Assembly (NCBI GenBank): GCA_963741955.1
Contig: CAVUKB010000006.1
Coordinates: 128,001-192,000, forward strand
Length of the DNA: 64,000 bases
Origin: an uncultured Acidobacteriota bacterium
GTDB taxonomy: Bacteria; Acidobacteriota; Thermoanaerobaculia; Gp7-AA8
Reading direction: 5' to 3'
The notes beneath the pieces are model-generated. The model made no database searches. It had not been told where the DNA came from and was given only the letters and a program-made list of their open reading frames with translations. Of the stretch, positions 7,743-18,179 are shown piece after piece. The position numbers were made by a program, and so were the translations under genes. The first letter of the stretch is position 1. The number at the start of each line of letters is the position of its first letter.

Positions 7743-10700
7743 TCAATCCGCTCCCATCCGGACCAGCGGCACCCTCACGGTGAACGTGCTTCCCTTCCCG
7801 GACTCGCTTCTCACTGTGATGTCCCCGCCGAGGGCGAGCGCAATTCTCCGGCTGATGGCGAGGCCGATTCCGGCTCCGCTCTGGACTTCCGGGTCGAGGC
7901 GCATGAACTCGTGAAACAGGAGCTGCTGTTGATCCAACGGGATACCCGGACCGGTGTCGGAGACGTCGATCGCGATCCATCGCTTCTCTCGCGGCGCATC
8001 TTCGGCGTCGCGGATCTCGACCCGCAGAGAGATCCCTCCCTCCTTCGTGTACTTGATCGCGTTCGAGACGAGATTCCCGAGAACCTGTCTGAGACGCGCC
8101 GGGTCGCTGTCGATGAGCGGGAGCTGTTCCGGCACTTCGATCCCCATTCGGAGCCCTTTCGTGTCGGCCTGGGCGCGATACTCCTCCGCGACGCGATGCA
8201 CTGCCTCCCGCACGTCCGTCGGCAGGTGCCGGATCTCGATCTGCCCCGCCTCTGTGCGTCCGAGCTCGAGAAGATCCTCGATCAGCCGGAGCGCGTTGCC
8301 GAGTGAGCTGCGGATCTGCGCGACACTCTCTTTCTGCGACTCGTCGAGCTGACCCATCGACAGGAGCTGCGCGTAGCCGTCTGCCGCGCCGAGCGGATTC
8401 TTCACGTCGTGGCTGAAGCCGCGCATCAGCCGCGCGCGGCTCGCGGTGATCTGTTCGATCTCCTCCCGCCTGCGCTCCGCCTCCTCCAGCATGTGAACCT
8501 TCCGGAACGCGAGCGCAGCGAGATTGCCGAACGTGAACGTCCGTGCGAGCTCGTCCTCCCGGAATCCGCGTCGCTCCGGCGTCCGCAGCAGAACCAGCGA
8601 CCCGATCGGCTCCCCCAGATCGAGAAGCGGCACCACGACTGCCGAACAGTCGCCGCAGATGGAGCTGAGATCGACGGTGAGCGGAGGATCGGCATCCGAG
8701 ACGTTCGCCAGAATCTGTGGCTTCCGGCGCTCGATGACATGTTCGGTGAGTGATCCCGCGAAGGGAACTCTCTCCCCCGGCGCCGGAACTCTCTCCCCTG
8801 CCACCGCGACCACTTCCAGCTCCCCGTGCTCGAGGTCGAGCCGTTTGACGAATGCCCCGTCTGCGCCGGTTGCTTCCAGCGCGCTCCGTGCAATCTGGCG
8901 GACGACGTCATCAACCGTAAAACTCGCACTCACCGCTTCCGCCGCCTGACGGAGCGCCGCTTCCTCCGCGGCGCGCCGGCGCGTTTCTCCGTAGAGTCTC
9001 GCGTTGTCCACCGCCAGCGCCGCGCGACGGGCGAGCTCCTCGCCGATTGCGAGATCGTCCCGATCGTAGCGCCGCCGCGACTCCGCGCTCGCCAGAGTGA
9101 GAACTCCGAGCAGTTGGTGACGCGCGATCAGGGGGAGAAGCATCATCGACCGCGCTCCGAGCTGGTCGATCAGTCGTCGATGCTCCGCACTCGAGGCAAT
9201 CGCTTCGAGATCCGCCGATGAGAGCTCCGGAAAGAGAAGCGGCTCACCGCTCGCGAGAGATCGAGTGAGCGGACCGTTCGGGCTGGGCGGGTAATCGCGG
9301 GTGGCGTCTGCGAGGCGCTGCTTTGCGGGATCGCCGTGAGCAACCGCTGCCCGCACTACTTTTCCGTCATCGCCGACGATGTCAATCGAACAGAAGTCGC
9401 CGATGGATCGCGCCGCGACTCGGGCGACATCCGAGAGCATGGCCGGAGTGTCGAGTGACTCCGTCAGTACCCGTCCCGCTTCGGCGAGGAGCCCGAGCGC
9501 CCCCTCGTGATTCTTTCTCTCGGTGATGTCGTCGATCACTCCGACCGCACGGTACGTTTCGCCGCGCTCGTTGCGTACCGGAAAGCCGCGAATGCGGAGC
9601 CATCGAAGCGATCCATCGGGACGGAAGATCCGAAGCTCGATCGAAGCGTCTTCCCCGTTTTCGATGGCCCGCATCGCCTCGTGTGGCCGTTCGAGATCGT
9701 CCGGATGCACGGCATCGAGCCAGGAACCGGCATTGGCGTAGAGACTCTCGACCGAGCGCCCCCAGATCCTTTCGTACTCCGGACTGATGTAGAGGAACCG
9801 ACTGAATTTCGGATCGACGACCCAGAACACCTCACGCACATTCTCGGCGAGCTGACGGAACCGCTCTTCGCTCTCACGAATCTCCTCGTTGAACCGTGTG
9901 CGCCGGAGAGCGACGGACGCCGCATCGCCGAGTGCACGGACGAACGAAGCCTCTTCTTCACGGAAGGGTTCCTGTTCGGAGCTCCTGAGGAGAACCAGCG
10001 CCCCGAGCACGGTGTCCTGATATGCGAACGGGACGATCATTCCGGTGCAGCGGCGGCAACTTTCGTTCAGGAAACGCGCCATCGATTCGCCGATTGCACC
10101 GACTTCGGTCACCGTATGAGTCGCTCCCGATTCGATGATCTCTGCCGTGAGCGAACCGGGGTACGGGACGCGCGTGCCGAGTGGAGGAACCCCACTGCCG
10201 GATGCGGCAATCACTTCGACGTGTCCGTCCTCTCCCCGACTCTCCGTCTGTTCGGCATATCCACCGAACGCCCGAGTCTCCTCGACGGCTCGCGAAACGA
10301 CCGTCTCGATGATCTCGCTCGCATTCGCCGCCTTCCCGACGCTTCGCATCACTTCGGCGAGGGCGGATTCCCACCGCGCGGATTCGGCCGTCTCCTCGAC
10401 CGTCAGTCGCAATCGGATCTCCGTCACGATGGCCGCTCCGAGCTCCCTCAGTATGGCGATGTCGGTCTCACTCCACCTTCGCGGCTCGTCATGGATCGCC
10501 GCGAGTACACCAAGCACGATGCCGCTCCGGAGGACGAGAGGCACGCCGAGGTATGCCGCTGCACCGAGCTCACGGAGCACGGGATCCGTCGCCGGACCAC
10601 TGTGCTTCGGGATGTCTTCGATCGCGACCGGTTCGCCACTGACTGCGATGTCTCTACTGACTGCGATGTCTCTGCAGAAGGTCCGGGTGAGAGGAGTCTG

Positions 10701-10922
10701 ATCGGACGTGAGAAATGATTCCGGGAGCGGGGGCTCGGCTATGAAGTACTGGCGGCTCTCCTCGGCCAGCGCGACGAAGCAACGGGAGACGCCGAGACAA
10801 CGCGCGGCGAGACGGATCAGGCGTCGCAGCGGCTCCTCGGGCTGGCGATCGGCCGTCGACGAGGAACGAAGCTCCTCGCGCTTCGCACGATCTCGGAAAT
10901 GTTCGAATAGTCGGTCGGGCAT
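7743..10922 (-). CDS. Cytoplasmic multi-sensor histidine kinase (GAF-GAF-PAS-GAF-GAF-HisKA-HATPase)
   Basis: PAS (SEERFRQLAENVREVFW..DITERK), FSHDVKNPL H-box, QVLGNLVSNAIKYT, DTGPGI, GAGIGLAIS, GKGSTF; start 10922 has a GGAG RBS. Confidence 0.9.
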   Translation of the reverse strand: MPDRLFEHFRDRAKREELRSSSTADRQPEEPLRRLIRLAARCLGVSRCFVALAEESRQYFIAEPPLPESFLTSDQTPLTRTFCRDIAVSRDIAVSGEPVAIEDIPKHSGPATDPVLRELGAAAYLGVPLVLRSGIVLGVLAAIHDEPRRWSETDIAILRELGAAIVTEIRLRLTVEETAESARWESALAEVMRSVGKAANASEIIETVVSRAVEETRAFGGYAEQTESRGEDGHVEVIAASGSGVPPLGTRVPYPGSLTAEIIESGATHTVTEVGAIGESMARFLNESCRRCTGMIVPFAYQDTVLGALVLLRSSEQEPFREEEASFVRALGDAASVALRRTRFNEEIRESEERFRQLAENVREVFWVVDPKFSRFLYISPEYERIWGRSVESLYANAGSWLDAVHPDDLERPHEAMRAIENGEDASIELRIFRPDGSLRWLRIRGFPVRNERGETYRAVGVIDDITERKNHEGALGLLAEAGRVLTESLDTPAMLSDVARVAARSIGDFCSIDIVGDDGKVVRAAVAHGDPAKQRLADATRDYPPSPNGPLTRSLASGEPLLFPELSSADLEAIASSAEHRRLIDQLGARSMMLLPLIARHQLLGVLTLASAESRRRYDRDDLAIGEELARRAALAVDNARLYGETRRRAAEEAALRQAAEAVSASFTVDDVVRQIARSALEATGADGAFVKRLDLEHGELEVVAVAGERVPAPGERVPFAGSLTEHVIERRKPQILANVSDADPPLTVDLSSICGDCSAVVVPLLDLGEPIGSLVLLRTPERRGFREDELARTFTFGNLAALAFRKVHMLEEAERRREEIEQITASRARLMRGFSHDVKNPLGAADGYAQLLSMGQLDESQKESVAQIRSSLGNALRLIEDLLELGRTEAGQIEIRHLPTDVREAVHRVAEEYRAQADTKGLRMGIEVPEQLPLIDSDPARLRQVLGNLVSNAIKYTKEGGISLRVEIRDAEDAPREKRWIAIDVSDTGPGIPLDQQQLLFHEFMRLDPEVQSGAGIGLAISRRIALALGGDITVRSESGKGSTFTVRVPLVRMGAD

Positions 10923-11104
10923 GTGGTCACTCTCCGGCGTCGCATCACGAGCGCACCGCTGGAATCTTCGTTCCGCGATGGGATCAGACGCTTCAGACTC
11001 CCAGCCCGCGCGAGGAGTCGAAGCGACCCGGTGCCCTCCGCTTCCGTGCACGATCCGCTCCCGCGCGGTACGGCAGCGGCATCAGGAGAGAGCTGGAAAT
11101 GCGT

Positions 11105-11980
11105 TCATGAGACACCTGCCCAGAGGTGAAAGACGGCGTAGCCGCGCCAGGGCCGCCAGGCTTCGGCGCGGCGTTCGAGCTCTCGCACAGAGAGCGTTCC
11201 GGCCCCGCCACCCGCGGCGCGCCGCAGGATCAGATCGGCGGCGGGGAACGCGTCCGTCTCGCCCAGACCGCGAAGCGCGACGTACGCCGCAGTCCACGGT
11301 CCGATTCCCGGAATCTCCTGCAACGCTTCCATGACCTGGTTCACGGGAGCGTCGAACCGGACCCTCCCTTCCACGACGGCGGCAGCGAGCGCGCGGAGTG
11401 TGCGCACCCGCGCCTGCGTCAGGCCGATGCGGCCGAGATCCGCATGCGCAAGCTCGGTTGCGGAAGGAAAGATGTGCGTCAACCCGTGCGTGCCTTCGAT
11501 CGCCGTCCCGCACTCCCCGACCAGGCGCGTGGCGAACGTTCGTCCTGCCGCGACGCTGACCTGCTGGCCGAGAACCGCCCTCACCGCGCACTCGAACGGG
11601 TCCCACATTCCGGGAATTCGCAGCCCCGGCCTTCGCCGGATCATCGGTCCCAGGAGCGGATCCTTCCGGAGCCCCGCTCGGATCAACGCCGGATCTGCCG
11701 CGAGGTCGAACACCCGGCGCGCCGTGGTCGTCAGCTGGATCGAAGCATTCGGACTCGCGTTCCGTAACCGGATCTCGAGAGCGTCCTTCCGCGGCGATGG
11801 CTTCGCTTCGATGATCGCGTGCCCCTCGTCCGTCCGGACCACCCGCGCGTACCCTCGCTCGTCCGCGCGCTCGACTCCCGGAATCGCACGAGTGGCCAGA
11901 AACGCATGGATGTGCTCCCAGTCGTACGGCGGACGATACGCGAGTCGGAGCACGACTTCACCTTCGCCGTCCCGCTTCAT
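11105..11980 (-). CDS. alkA: DNA-3-methyladenine glycosylase II (AlkA N-terminal plus HhH-GPD), no Ada domain
   Basis: LAYRPPYDW, FDLAADP, RAVLGQQVSV, IPGIGPWTAAYVALRG, DAFPAADL, WRPWRGYA; start codon uncertain. Confidence 0.88.
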   Translation of the reverse strand: MKRDGEGEVVLRLAYRPPYDWEHIHAFLATRAIPGVERADERGYARVVRTDEGHAIIEAKPSPRKDALEIRLRNASPNASIQLTTTARRVFDLAADPALIRAGLRKDPLLGPMIRRRPGLRIPGMWDPFECAVRAVLGQQVSVAAGRTFATRLVGECGTAIEGTHGLTHIFPSATELAHADLGRIGLTQARVRTLRALAAAVVEGRVRFDAPVNQVMEALQEIPGIGPWTAAYVALRGLGETDAFPAADLILRRAAGGGAGTLSVRELERRAEAWRPWRGYAVFHLWAGVS

Positions 11981-12289
11981 CGACTCCCGCATCTTTCGAA
12001 TCTCATCCTGCCGCGAACAACTCCGGCCGCGGGGGCGTACCGCCCTCCCAGCACGTGCATGGAGAGAGTGTAGCAACTCGACCTCGTCGATCTCGCCGTT
12101 ATCGACCGGCAACAGGCCCGCTCGAAGAGGCGGCCCTGGAATCCGCCCAAAGCGCGCTCTCGGCAGAATCACTCCTGCTGCGCGAGGCACCGCGCCCTGG
12201 CCGTCACACGCGCCGGTGAGCGATGTCATCCCCTCCGCCACTCGTGCGGCTTAAGTTCAGTTCACAGACGGAAGGCGCAGGGCTAGCGC

Positions 12290-14569
12290 GTGAGCGATGA
12301 GCGCGCGAGGACGAACAGCGTGAGCAGAGCGGAGAGTCTGACGGCGACGGCCCCGGAGGCGAAAGAGAGCGCACCTCGTGCGGAGCGTCCGTTCGGTGAT
12401 CTGTGGGGAGGGCTGGCGGCGATGCTCGTCGCGTTCCCCTCGTCGATCGCGTTCGGTGTCGTCATCTACACCGCGGCATCTCCGGAGCTCGCGAGCATCG
12501 GTGCCCTCGCGGGGATCATCGGCGCCGCAGTCCTGGGGATCGTGGCGCCGCTCGTCAGTCGGAACGGCGGCTTCATCACGGCGCCGTGCGCTCCGGCCGC
12601 CGCCGTCCTGGCGGGAGTCGCACTGCAGTGGGGCCACGAGGCTCACGGAGATCTGGGGCGGGTTCTCGCTCTTCTCGCCTTCACGGCACTTCTCTCCGCG
12701 TTGTTTCAGATCGTGTACGGCGTTCTCCGCGCGGGACGGCTGATCAAGTACATTCCGTACCAGGTCGTCAACGGCTACCTCTCCGGCGTCGCGGTGATCA
12801 TCGCCCTCGCGCAGATCCCTCGTTTCCTCGGCGCACCAGCCGACGAGGGGCTCGGGGCCGTTCTCCTCACGCTGCGGCTGTGGAGCGTTCCCGCCATCGT
12901 CATCGGTCTCGCGACGATCGTAGCGATGATCGCCGCGACTCACCTGGTCCGCTCGGTCCCTGCGCCGATCGTCGGGCTCGGATTCGGAGTCGTCGCCTAC
13001 GGCGTCTTCGCGGCGATGCTCCCGGCACTCCGGACGGGGGAAGGAAACCCGTTCGTGATCGGACCGATTCGCGCAGGCGGATCGCTTCTCGCTGCGATGT
13101 CGGGACGTATCTCTTCGACTCTCTCCCTCAGCGCGAGCGATCTCGCTCTCGTGATCGGACCGGCTCTGACCCTCTCGGTGCTCCTTTCGATCGACACGCT
13201 GAAGACGGGAGTGGTGCTCGACGTTCTCACGCGACGGCGGCACGACTCGAACCGGGAGCTGATCGCACAGGGAGTGGCGAACCTCGGGTCGTTCACTGCG
13301 GGAGGGATGCCGGGAGCGGCGACGATGGGACCGACTCTCGTGAATGTCACCAGCGGCGGCCGGTCGCTCTGGAGCGGAGTCGCCGAGGGGACGTTCGTCC
13401 TGGTGGCATTCCTCCTGCTGGGGAAACTCGTGGCGTGGGTGCCGGTGGCGGCGCTGGCGGGAATTCTTCTGGTCATCGCATGGCGGATGTTTCACTTCGA
13501 GATGTTCCGTCTCGCGCTTCTTCCTGCGACGCGGCTCGACTTCTTCGTCATCGCTTCGGTGGTGCTGGTCGCGGCGACCGTCGGTCTGATCGAAGCATCG
13601 GTGGTCGGGATCTGCCTCGCGATCCTTCTCTTCATACGGAATCAGATGCGCGGCTCGGTGATCCTCCGCCGGACGGATCTGACTGTGGTGCGATCGAAGC
13701 GCCGTCGCTCCCGTGGAGAGGTGGCCCTCCTCGACCAGTATGGTACCGAGGCGATGGTGGTTCAGTTGAAAGACGATCTCTTCTTCGGAACCACGGACCA
13801 GCTCTTCATGGAGCTGGAGCACGATCTCGCGAGCCGCCGATGGATGCTCCTCGACTTCCGCCGCGTACAGTCGATGGATTACACCGCGGCACAGCTCTTC
13901 ACCCAGATGAACGAGCGGCTTCGCGAACGTGACGGGATGCTTCTGTTCAGCGGCATGCCTTCAGGAGTCGCGTCGCGACAGGACATCGAGCGGTACATGG
14001 GCGAGCTCGGGCTGGTCGGAAGGAGCAGCGGCCTCCGTGTCTTCGAAACGCGGGAGAGTGCACTGGAGTGGATGGAGCAGCGGGTGCTCGAGCTGGCTGG
14101 ATGGAGTGGCGAAGAGTCGGGTCGACCGCTTCGGATCGAGGAGATCGGGGTCCTTCGCAATCTCCATTCGGAGGTGATCGCGCACCTGGGTCACGTGATC
14201 ATGGAGCGCACGGCTGCAGGAGGGGAAAAGGTCTTCGCTGCCGGAACGAGCGGAGACGAGATCTTCTTCGTACGGCGCGGACGGGTGGACATCCTTCTTC
14301 CGCTGGAGGGAGGAAAGCGACATCACCTCGCGACGCTCTGCCGCGGCGAATTCTTCGGAGAGATGTCTTTTCTCGACCGGGGAGTCCGCTCGGCGGACGC
14401 GGAAGCGGCCGTGGAGTCGGAGCTGTTCGTCCTGTCGCGGAGCCGCTTCGACGAGGCGGCCCAGACCGGAGCGCGCTTCACGGCGCCTCTCTTCGAACAG
14501 CTCGCCCTCGCTCTCGCCCGGCGGATCCGTATCACCGATGCGGAGTTGCGGACGCTCGAAGAGCGCTGA
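12290..14569 (+). CDS. SulP/SLC26 anion transporter with STAS and cNMP-binding domains
   Basis: GDLWGGLAA, GRLIKYIPYQVVNGY, NRELIAQGVAN, STAS LFFGT..LDFRRVQSMD, cNMP GEFFGEMSFLDRGVRSADA. Confidence 0.9.
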   Translation: MSDERARTNSVSRAESLTATAPEAKESAPRAERPFGDLWGGLAAMLVAFPSSIAFGVVIYTAASPELASIGALAGIIGAAVLGIVAPLVSRNGGFITAPCAPAAAVLAGVALQWGHEAHGDLGRVLALLAFTALLSALFQIVYGVLRAGRLIKYIPYQVVNGYLSGVAVIIALAQIPRFLGAPADEGLGAVLLTLRLWSVPAIVIGLATIVAMIAATHLVRSVPAPIVGLGFGVVAYGVFAAMLPALRTGEGNPFVIGPIRAGGSLLAAMSGRISSTLSLSASDLALVIGPALTLSVLLSIDTLKTGVVLDVLTRRRHDSNRELIAQGVANLGSFTAGGMPGAATMGPTLVNVTSGGRSLWSGVAEGTFVLVAFLLLGKLVAWVPVAALAGILLVIAWRMFHFEMFRLALLPATRLDFFVIASVVLVAATVGLIEASVVGICLAILLFIRNQMRGSVILRRTDLTVVRSKRRRSRGEVALLDQYGTEAMVVQLKDDLFFGTTDQLFMELEHDLASRRWMLLDFRRVQSMDYTAAQLFTQMNERLRERDGMLLFSGMPSGVASRQDIERYMGELGLVGRSSGLRVFETRESALEWMEQRVLELAGWSGEESGRPLRIEEIGVLRNLHSEVIAHLGHVIMERTAAGGEKVFAAGTSGDEIFFVRRGRVDILLPLEGGKRHHLATLCRGEFFGEMSFLDRGVRSADAEAAVESELFVLSRSRFDEAAQTGARFTAPLFEQLALALARRIRITDAELRTLEER

Positions 14570-14641
14570 GGCGATGGCACCGGAGGGGGTGAAACAACGG
14601 GAGCGATGTCGCAGTGGCAAACCCGATCGGCACCGCGCCCG

Positions 14642-15307
14642 TCAACGAACGATCCGCACCTCGTCCAGACGTTTCTTCGGGATGTCCGGAACCCTGCACT
14701 CCTTCGCCGGATAGCCGACGGGGATGAGGACGAACGGCTTTTCGTTTCCGGGGCGCCCGAGGATCTCGCGGAGGAATCCCATCGGACTGGGAGTGTGAGT
14801 GAGTGTCGCGAGCCCGGCGGCGTTGAGGGCGGCGAGAAGGAATCCACACGCGATGCCGACCGACTCGTTGACGTAGTAGTGCGTGACTCGATGGCCGTCC
14901 TCAGCGACGCCGTGCTCCTGTTTGAAGACGACGAGGAGGAGCGGTGCGATCTCGAGGAACTCCTTGTGCCAGTCCGTACCGAGCGGGGCGAGCGCCTGGA
15001 GCCACTCGTCCGGCATCCGGCGCTCGTAGCTCTCGCGTTCTTCCTTCTCCGCGGCTTCGCGGATGGCGTGCTTGAGCGCAGGGTCGCGGACCACGACGAA
15101 CGTCCAGGGCTGCATGTTCGCGCCGGACGGCGCGGAGGCTGCGGCTTCGATCGCGAGATCGATCACCTCGTCGGGAACCGGATCGGAAGAGAACTCGCGT
15201 ACGCTGCGCCGCAGCGTCAGCGTGCCGAGGAACGCGCGCGCCGCAGCGACTGCCTCGACGTTGCTCTTCCGCGACCGTTCGTAGCGGACGGTGGGATACT
15301 CGTTCAT
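14642..15307 (-). CDS. Nitroreductase family protein, iodotyrosine deiodinase-like
   Basis: RRSVREFS, APSGANMQPW, EKEERESY..WLQALAPLGTDWHKEFLE, ESVGIACGFLLAAL, LTHTP. Confidence 0.85.
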   Translation of the reverse strand: MNEYPTVRYERSRKSNVEAVAAARAFLGTLTLRRSVREFSSDPVPDEVIDLAIEAAASAPSGANMQPWTFVVVRDPALKHAIREAAEKEERESYERRMPDEWLQALAPLGTDWHKEFLEIAPLLLVVFKQEHGVAEDGHRVTHYYVNESVGIACGFLLAALNAAGLATLTHTPSPMGFLREILGRPGNEKPFVLIPVGYPAKECRVPDIPKKRLDEVRIVR

Positions 15308-15458
15308 GCGCGGAATGGTAGCGCAGCGATCGGGGCGAGCGTTTGGGGAAGCGCCCATGGCGAGGATTCCCGCGCCCGTCTATCATGCACCTGTCTCCCG
15401 GCGGCAATGCGCCACCGAGTGAGGCCAAACTCGAACCATTCTGGAATCCGGAGGATCG

Positions 15459-16217
15459 ATGACATCAAAACGGACGACGGAAGCTGATGGCCGTGTCGTC
15501 ATAACCGAGGTCTTGCATGCAGCAGCGCCGCGTCCCGCGGACAATGCGTCAATCGACGAGAAAATCCGGTACGCAGTACGGTTTGCGGATGCGATGGCGC
15601 ATCGAATTGCGAAAGACCTCGCGCCCTTGTTGCGTGGGATCCAGGCAACGACGCAAAGGAGTGCCCGCTCCGAGCAGGCGCGAAAGCAACTCGATGTGAA
15701 TTTCTCCACCCCCGAATACGGGCTCGCTCTCGGTATCTCCCTCAAATCAGTACACATTCGCGACCAGAAGAATAGGCGTTATACCCACAACATGAAAAGA
15801 AACGAGGAAGAACTCAGGATTGAAGCTAGTGGCTACCACAAGAGGCAACCATACGCCGTCATGATCGGGTCACTCTTTCTTCCTTTCGACAGCTGCGAAG
15901 ATGCAAAGACCGTGCGGCACCCATCGTCATTCGGTAGTTGGGTCAAACATCTAAGGCCATATTGCGGCCGATCGGGTCCGAAAGACGACGCTGACCGCTT
16001 CGAAAAACTCTACATTGGCCTGTATGAGCTGGATGGTTCGGATCTCGCCTTCTTCGACGTGCAGGCGGCGCCGCCAAAGCACGGACGCCCCGGGACGCTC
16101 ATGACATACGCAGACTTCCTTTCAATGTCGTACCACGAGTACTTGCACCGGAATATGCTGGAGTTCGCTTGGGCGGAGGGCGAGGAGGAGCCGCTCGGCG
16201 CCGACGAAACGTACTGA
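15459..16217 (+). CDS. Putative Type II restriction endonuclease (PD-(D/E)xK-like)
   Basis: KQLDV..LGISLKS..NMKRNEEELRIEA..HKRQPYAV pattern; convergent with vsr and a C5 MTase; lower GC than flanks. Confidence 0.6.
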   Translation: MTSKRTTEADGRVVITEVLHAAAPRPADNASIDEKIRYAVRFADAMAHRIAKDLAPLLRGIQATTQRSARSEQARKQLDVNFSTPEYGLALGISLKSVHIRDQKNRRYTHNMKRNEEELRIEASGYHKRQPYAVMIGSLFLPFDSCEDAKTVRHPSSFGSWVKHLRPYCGRSGPKDDADRFEKLYIGLYELDGSDLAFFDVQAAPPKHGRPGTLMTYADFLSMSYHEYLHRNMLEFAWAEGEEEPLGADETY

Positions 16218-16265
16218 AACAAGTCAGAGCCTTGCCGCTGGACTAAATTGTTCCGCGCCTGAACC

Positions 16266-16730
16266 TTACGGCCGACGAAGGTGCCGAAGACGCCGTTCAA
16301 TCACTGTCGGATCGGAGGTTTCGCACTCCCAGATCACGACCGTCCGCCATCCGGCGCGCCTCAGCTCCCGCCGTACTCGCCGATCTCGCTCGACATTGGT
16401 TTCAAACTTTCTCATCCAGAAGGTGCGGTTTCGAGTGGGCGTCGTTGTGCGAGCACAGCTCTCGTGGCGGTGCCAGAAACAGCCATGGACGAAAACCGCC
16501 CATTGTTTCGATCGATTTGCGAGGTCGGGAGACCCGGGAAGATCGCGATTTCTGGTCCGGTATCGCAGCCCGATCGCGTACGCCACGTGCCGAACGACGA
16601 GTTCCGGTTCGGTTGCGCGCTGCCTCACGCGGCCCATTCGCACCGACGTCGGCTCGTCGGTGAATCCGAATACTCGACCGGGGCGGTTCGATTTGAATGC
16701 GACTCTTCTTGGTTTCGATGTCCGGGGCAC
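16266..16730 (-). CDS. vsr: Very short patch repair endonuclease
   Basis: RMGRVRQRATEPE, LPGSPDL, FVHGCFWHRH, FWMRKFETNVERD, IWECE. Confidence 0.92.
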   Translation of the reverse strand: MPRTSKPRRVAFKSNRPGRVFGFTDEPTSVRMGRVRQRATEPELVVRHVAYAIGLRYRTRNRDLPGSPDLANRSKQWAVFVHGCFWHRHESCARTTTPTRNRTFWMRKFETNVERDRRVRRELRRAGWRTVVIWECETSDPTVIERRLRHLRRP

Positions 16731-16733
16731 GTT

Positions 16734-17966
16734 CTAGATTATGCCGCGCCGCGGCTCGTCGAGCATCCGTTCGAGATGTTGCTCGACCGCGGCAATGAAG
16801 CCGTCGGGAAAACGAAGCGATGATCGACGTGTTCGTTCGAGAAACCCGGCCGTCGCTTTCACCGAGAGGAGTTCCGTCGGATAGTGGAGGAACTCGGCGA
16901 GCGGTTCAGCCTGCGTGAGCCGAGGGAACGTCGAGAGCGAGGCCGCAAATCGCCCATCTCCGACGTTGTACGCGGCGTTCGGCCATTTTCCGTTCCGGTG
17001 AAGAGGAACGTCGCCGGTAGCATCGTACGTGCCCGGTCTTCGGAGTTGCTCTCCGATCCATTCCGCCGACCGCACGGTGACGGCGTTTCCCACGAGTTTC
17101 CACCGCTGCCCGCGTTTGACCACCGTCTCCGCAGGCGCGGTCCAGTCATCGGGGAACCCCTGCATCCGTTCGGCGTCCCGAATGTCCGGTTTCGCGATCG
17201 TGCCGTCTGGAAAGAGTATGGCCGGTGGGGAGGGGATACCGATGCTGGATCCGCCCTTCAGTGTAGGAACCGAATCGACGGCCCAGCCGAGGCCTCGGAT
17301 TCCTTCGGTCCAATAGAATCCACAGGCGACTTCTCGGAAAGTGCGTGGGTCCTTCGGCTCGATCGCGTCGTCGACGAAGAGTACGTCCCGTGGGTCATCC
17401 TCTTTCATCGCAAGGAGATAAACCCGCTCTCTCCGCTGAGGTACGCCAAACGCCCGGCTGTTTACGACCCGATACGCCCAGCGGTACCCGAGCTCCTCGA
17501 GGTTGGAGACGATCACGTCTAGGGCCCTGCCTCGCGCAAGTTGCAGCATGAACGGAACATTCTCGATCAACACAGTCGGAACGCGTTTCCTCCGAAGAAG
17601 GCGGAAGACCTCGCCGACGAGCCCCGAGCGAGATCCTTCGATTCCGATGGTTCGCCCGGCCTGGCTTAGATCCTGGCAAGGAAAGCCGGCCGTCAGCAGA
17701 TCGGTGTCCGGCGGAAGGCTTTTCAACCGCGCTACGTCTTCCGGAATCGGAAGCGGTCCGAAACGCGCTGCGAGTACGGCTCGTGCCGCGGGGTCGATTT
17801 CGCACAGCAGCAATGTTTCATGCCCCCATACTGAGAGTCCCCTCTCTATTCCGCCGATACCCGCAAAGAGGCCTACGACTCGCTTCGGCGGCGTTTTCAT
17901 CTCGGGCGATGATTTTGACCGCTTTTGCGGTGTTTCGACGAGCCGAAGCTGCCTGGAGGATCGCAT
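16734..17966 (-). CDS. dcm: DNA (cytosine-5)-methyltransferase
   Basis: LFAGIGG, GFPCQDLS, ENV, PQRRERV, ERMQGFP, GNAV conserved motifs. Confidence 0.95.
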   Translation of the reverse strand: MRSSRQLRLVETPQKRSKSSPEMKTPPKRVVGLFAGIGGIERGLSVWGHETLLLCEIDPAARAVLAARFGPLPIPEDVARLKSLPPDTDLLTAGFPCQDLSQAGRTIGIEGSRSGLVGEVFRLLRRKRVPTVLIENVPFMLQLARGRALDVIVSNLEELGYRWAYRVVNSRAFGVPQRRERVYLLAMKEDDPRDVLFVDDAIEPKDPRTFREVACGFYWTEGIRGLGWAVDSVPTLKGGSSIGIPSPPAILFPDGTIAKPDIRDAERMQGFPDDWTAPAETVVKRGQRWKLVGNAVTVRSAEWIGEQLRRPGTYDATGDVPLHRNGKWPNAAYNVGDGRFAASLSTFPRLTQAEPLAEFLHYPTELLSVKATAGFLERTRRSSLRFPDGFIAAVEQHLERMLDEPRRGII

Positions 17967-18179
17967 GTACAGAGTTTACCTCGGAATTGTTTCGCGGGAA
18001 CGCCTTCTACTGATGGTGGAATTCGCCGACAACACACGCGGTCGTCTCATCGAGCTGCCGCGGGCGATGGCGGACGAGTTGGAGGTCGCTTCCTCCGACC
18101 ACGTGCATGGTTATAGAGTAGCAACTCAACCTCGCCTGTCAGGGCGGCAGTCCTTGGTGCGCCGCGCCGCGTTACGAGC

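Noticed and set aside
12245-12265. GGCTTAAGTTCAG as an IS4 end
   Set aside because: Lacks the terminal CAATG and has no partner repeat or transposase
12257-13822. 521-aa minus-strand ORF and similar long shadows (701..1681, 6493..7914, 30782..32458, 34876..36498, 52268..53785, 57672..59414)
   Set aside because: Antisense to well-supported genes; expected in high-GC DNA; no motifs
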